Positions 63,371 through 64,000 of a DNA stretch of 64,000 bases are shown here, in pieces; within the stretch, counting starts at the first letter, position 1; each line of letters starts with the position of its first letter. The notes beneath the pieces are model-generated. The model was given only the letters and a program-made list of their open reading frames with translations, had not been told where the DNA came from and searched no databases. The translations under genes were made by a program, and so were the position numbers. The stretch comes from an uncultured Pseudomonadota bacterium (GTDB lineage: Bacteria; Oederibacteriota; Muellerivitia; Muellerivitales; Muellerivitaceae). The stretch spans positions 68,305 through 132,304 of the forward strand of contig CAWJKT010000015.1 of assembly GCA_963843375.1 (NCBI GenBank). Reading direction: 5' to 3'.

Positions 63371-64000
63371 ATGGCGATTACCATTAAGGATGTTGCTCAA
63401 AAAGCCGGAGTGTCCGTCGCGACCGTTTCTCGAGTCGTGAATCAAAAAGATATCCATAAGGTAGGCGTAAAGACTCAACAAAGAATCGAAAGAATTTTAA
63501 AAGAACTTGGATATTACCCGAATAGCATGGCCCGGGGCCTTAAAACCCGAAAGACTTTTAACATTGGAGTGGTTTTCTTTTGGTATGAAAAGCCGTCTTT
63601 AACCGATTTCTATTTGACCCGTGTTCTCGACGGTGTGATCAGTTATATCAGTGAGAAGCGTTACAACATCCTAATGAATACTTTTAGTCGGCAAGTTCAA
63701 AATGAAGGAATTTACGCCAGCTTTGTAAATTCAGGTCTTGTGGATGGAGTTCTCGCAATCGCCCCACCCGTTGAATCTCGGTTTTTTCAAGATCTTAAGC
63801 AAGGGGCTTTGCCTTATGTTTTAGTGAATTATCAAGTCAATGACCCGGATGTTTGCTTTGTGGATTGTTTGAATACCCAGGGAATTATCGATGTGGTTGA
63901 TCATCTTGTTTCTTTGGATCATAAACACATTGGTTTTATTGCCGGGGATATCCAATATTCGAAAAATTCACTAGATCGCTTTAATGCCTTTAAATATATC
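63371..64000 (+). CDS. LacI-family transcriptional regulator (3' end outside the window)
   Basis: ATG 63371. HTH TIKDVAQKAGVSVATVSRVVNQ. Open frame to the window end (210 codons). Not in the ORF track because no stop is reached. Confidence 0.8.
   Translation, partial: MAITIKDVAQKAGVSVATVSRVVNQKDIHKVGVKTQQRIERILKELGYYPNSMARGLKTRKTFNIGVVFFWYEKPSLTDFYLTRVLDGVISYISEKRYNILMNTFSRQVQNEGIYASFVNSGLVDGVLAIAPPVESRFFQDLKQGALPYVLVNYQVNDPDVCFVDCLNTQGIIDVVDHLVSLDHKHIGFIAGDIQYSKNSLDRFNAFKYI

Overview
The window is a chromosomal segment of a diderm (LPS-making) bacterium, probably an uncultivated or draft-sequenced lineage, with moderate to low GC by eye. I found no rRNA, CRISPR array, transposase or integrase. 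Gene content by region follows. (1) 0-2.4 kb: the tail of a TPR protein and a DUF2723/GT-C membrane glycosyltransferase-like gene. (2) 2.5-19.3 kb: one long co-directional chemosensory cluster. It holds a PilT-TPR fusion, CheR, three free-standing TPR proteins, a T2SSE_N-CheW hybrid, a P-II protein, 2x CheY, 2x CheC, CheD, CheW, CheB, CheA and a degenerate GGDEF protein. No MCP is encoded in it. (3) 19.7-30 kb: housekeeping genes topA, argB, nrdR, DUF1015, eno, cysteine synthase plus a JAMM protease, two EamA-like permeases, yjbQ and a [2Fe-2S] ferredoxin-like gene. (4) 30.1 kb: tmRNA. (5) 30.7-39.4 kb: envelope genes (beta-helix protein, PilZ, skp, lpxD, lpxC/fabZ, lpxA, lpxI, and lptFG on the minus strand). 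(6) 39.7-52.7 kb: a LytS/LytTR two-component pair, then a ~2,000-aa SprA-like outer-membrane protein and a ~1,550-aa FN3-repeat protein ending in a T9SS-type C-terminal sorting domain. (7) 53-64 kb: gap, nfeD/SPFH, pgk, tpiA, secG, a LacI regulator, lnt, a Rieske protein, argC (minus strand), tRNA-Glu (minus strand), a cyclophilin and a second LacI regulator that runs off the window. The window also carries many single-nucleotide frame disruptions at short homopolymers. Affected genes are cheC, cheW, cheA (x5), lpxC, gap, tpiA, argC, the cyclophilin, and a dense zone at 46.8-49.5 kb. Once the frame is corrected I see no internal stops, so assembly or sequencing error is my leading explanation, with real pseudogenisation as the alternative. 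The most interesting candidates are the MCP-less chemosensory/PilT/TPR/P-II cluster and the LytTR-SprA-like-cargo module. Caveat: my base-level indexing disagreed with the ORF track by 1 nt between about 47.9 and 49.5 kb. I used the track there, so coordinates in that zone are accurate only to +/-2 nt.
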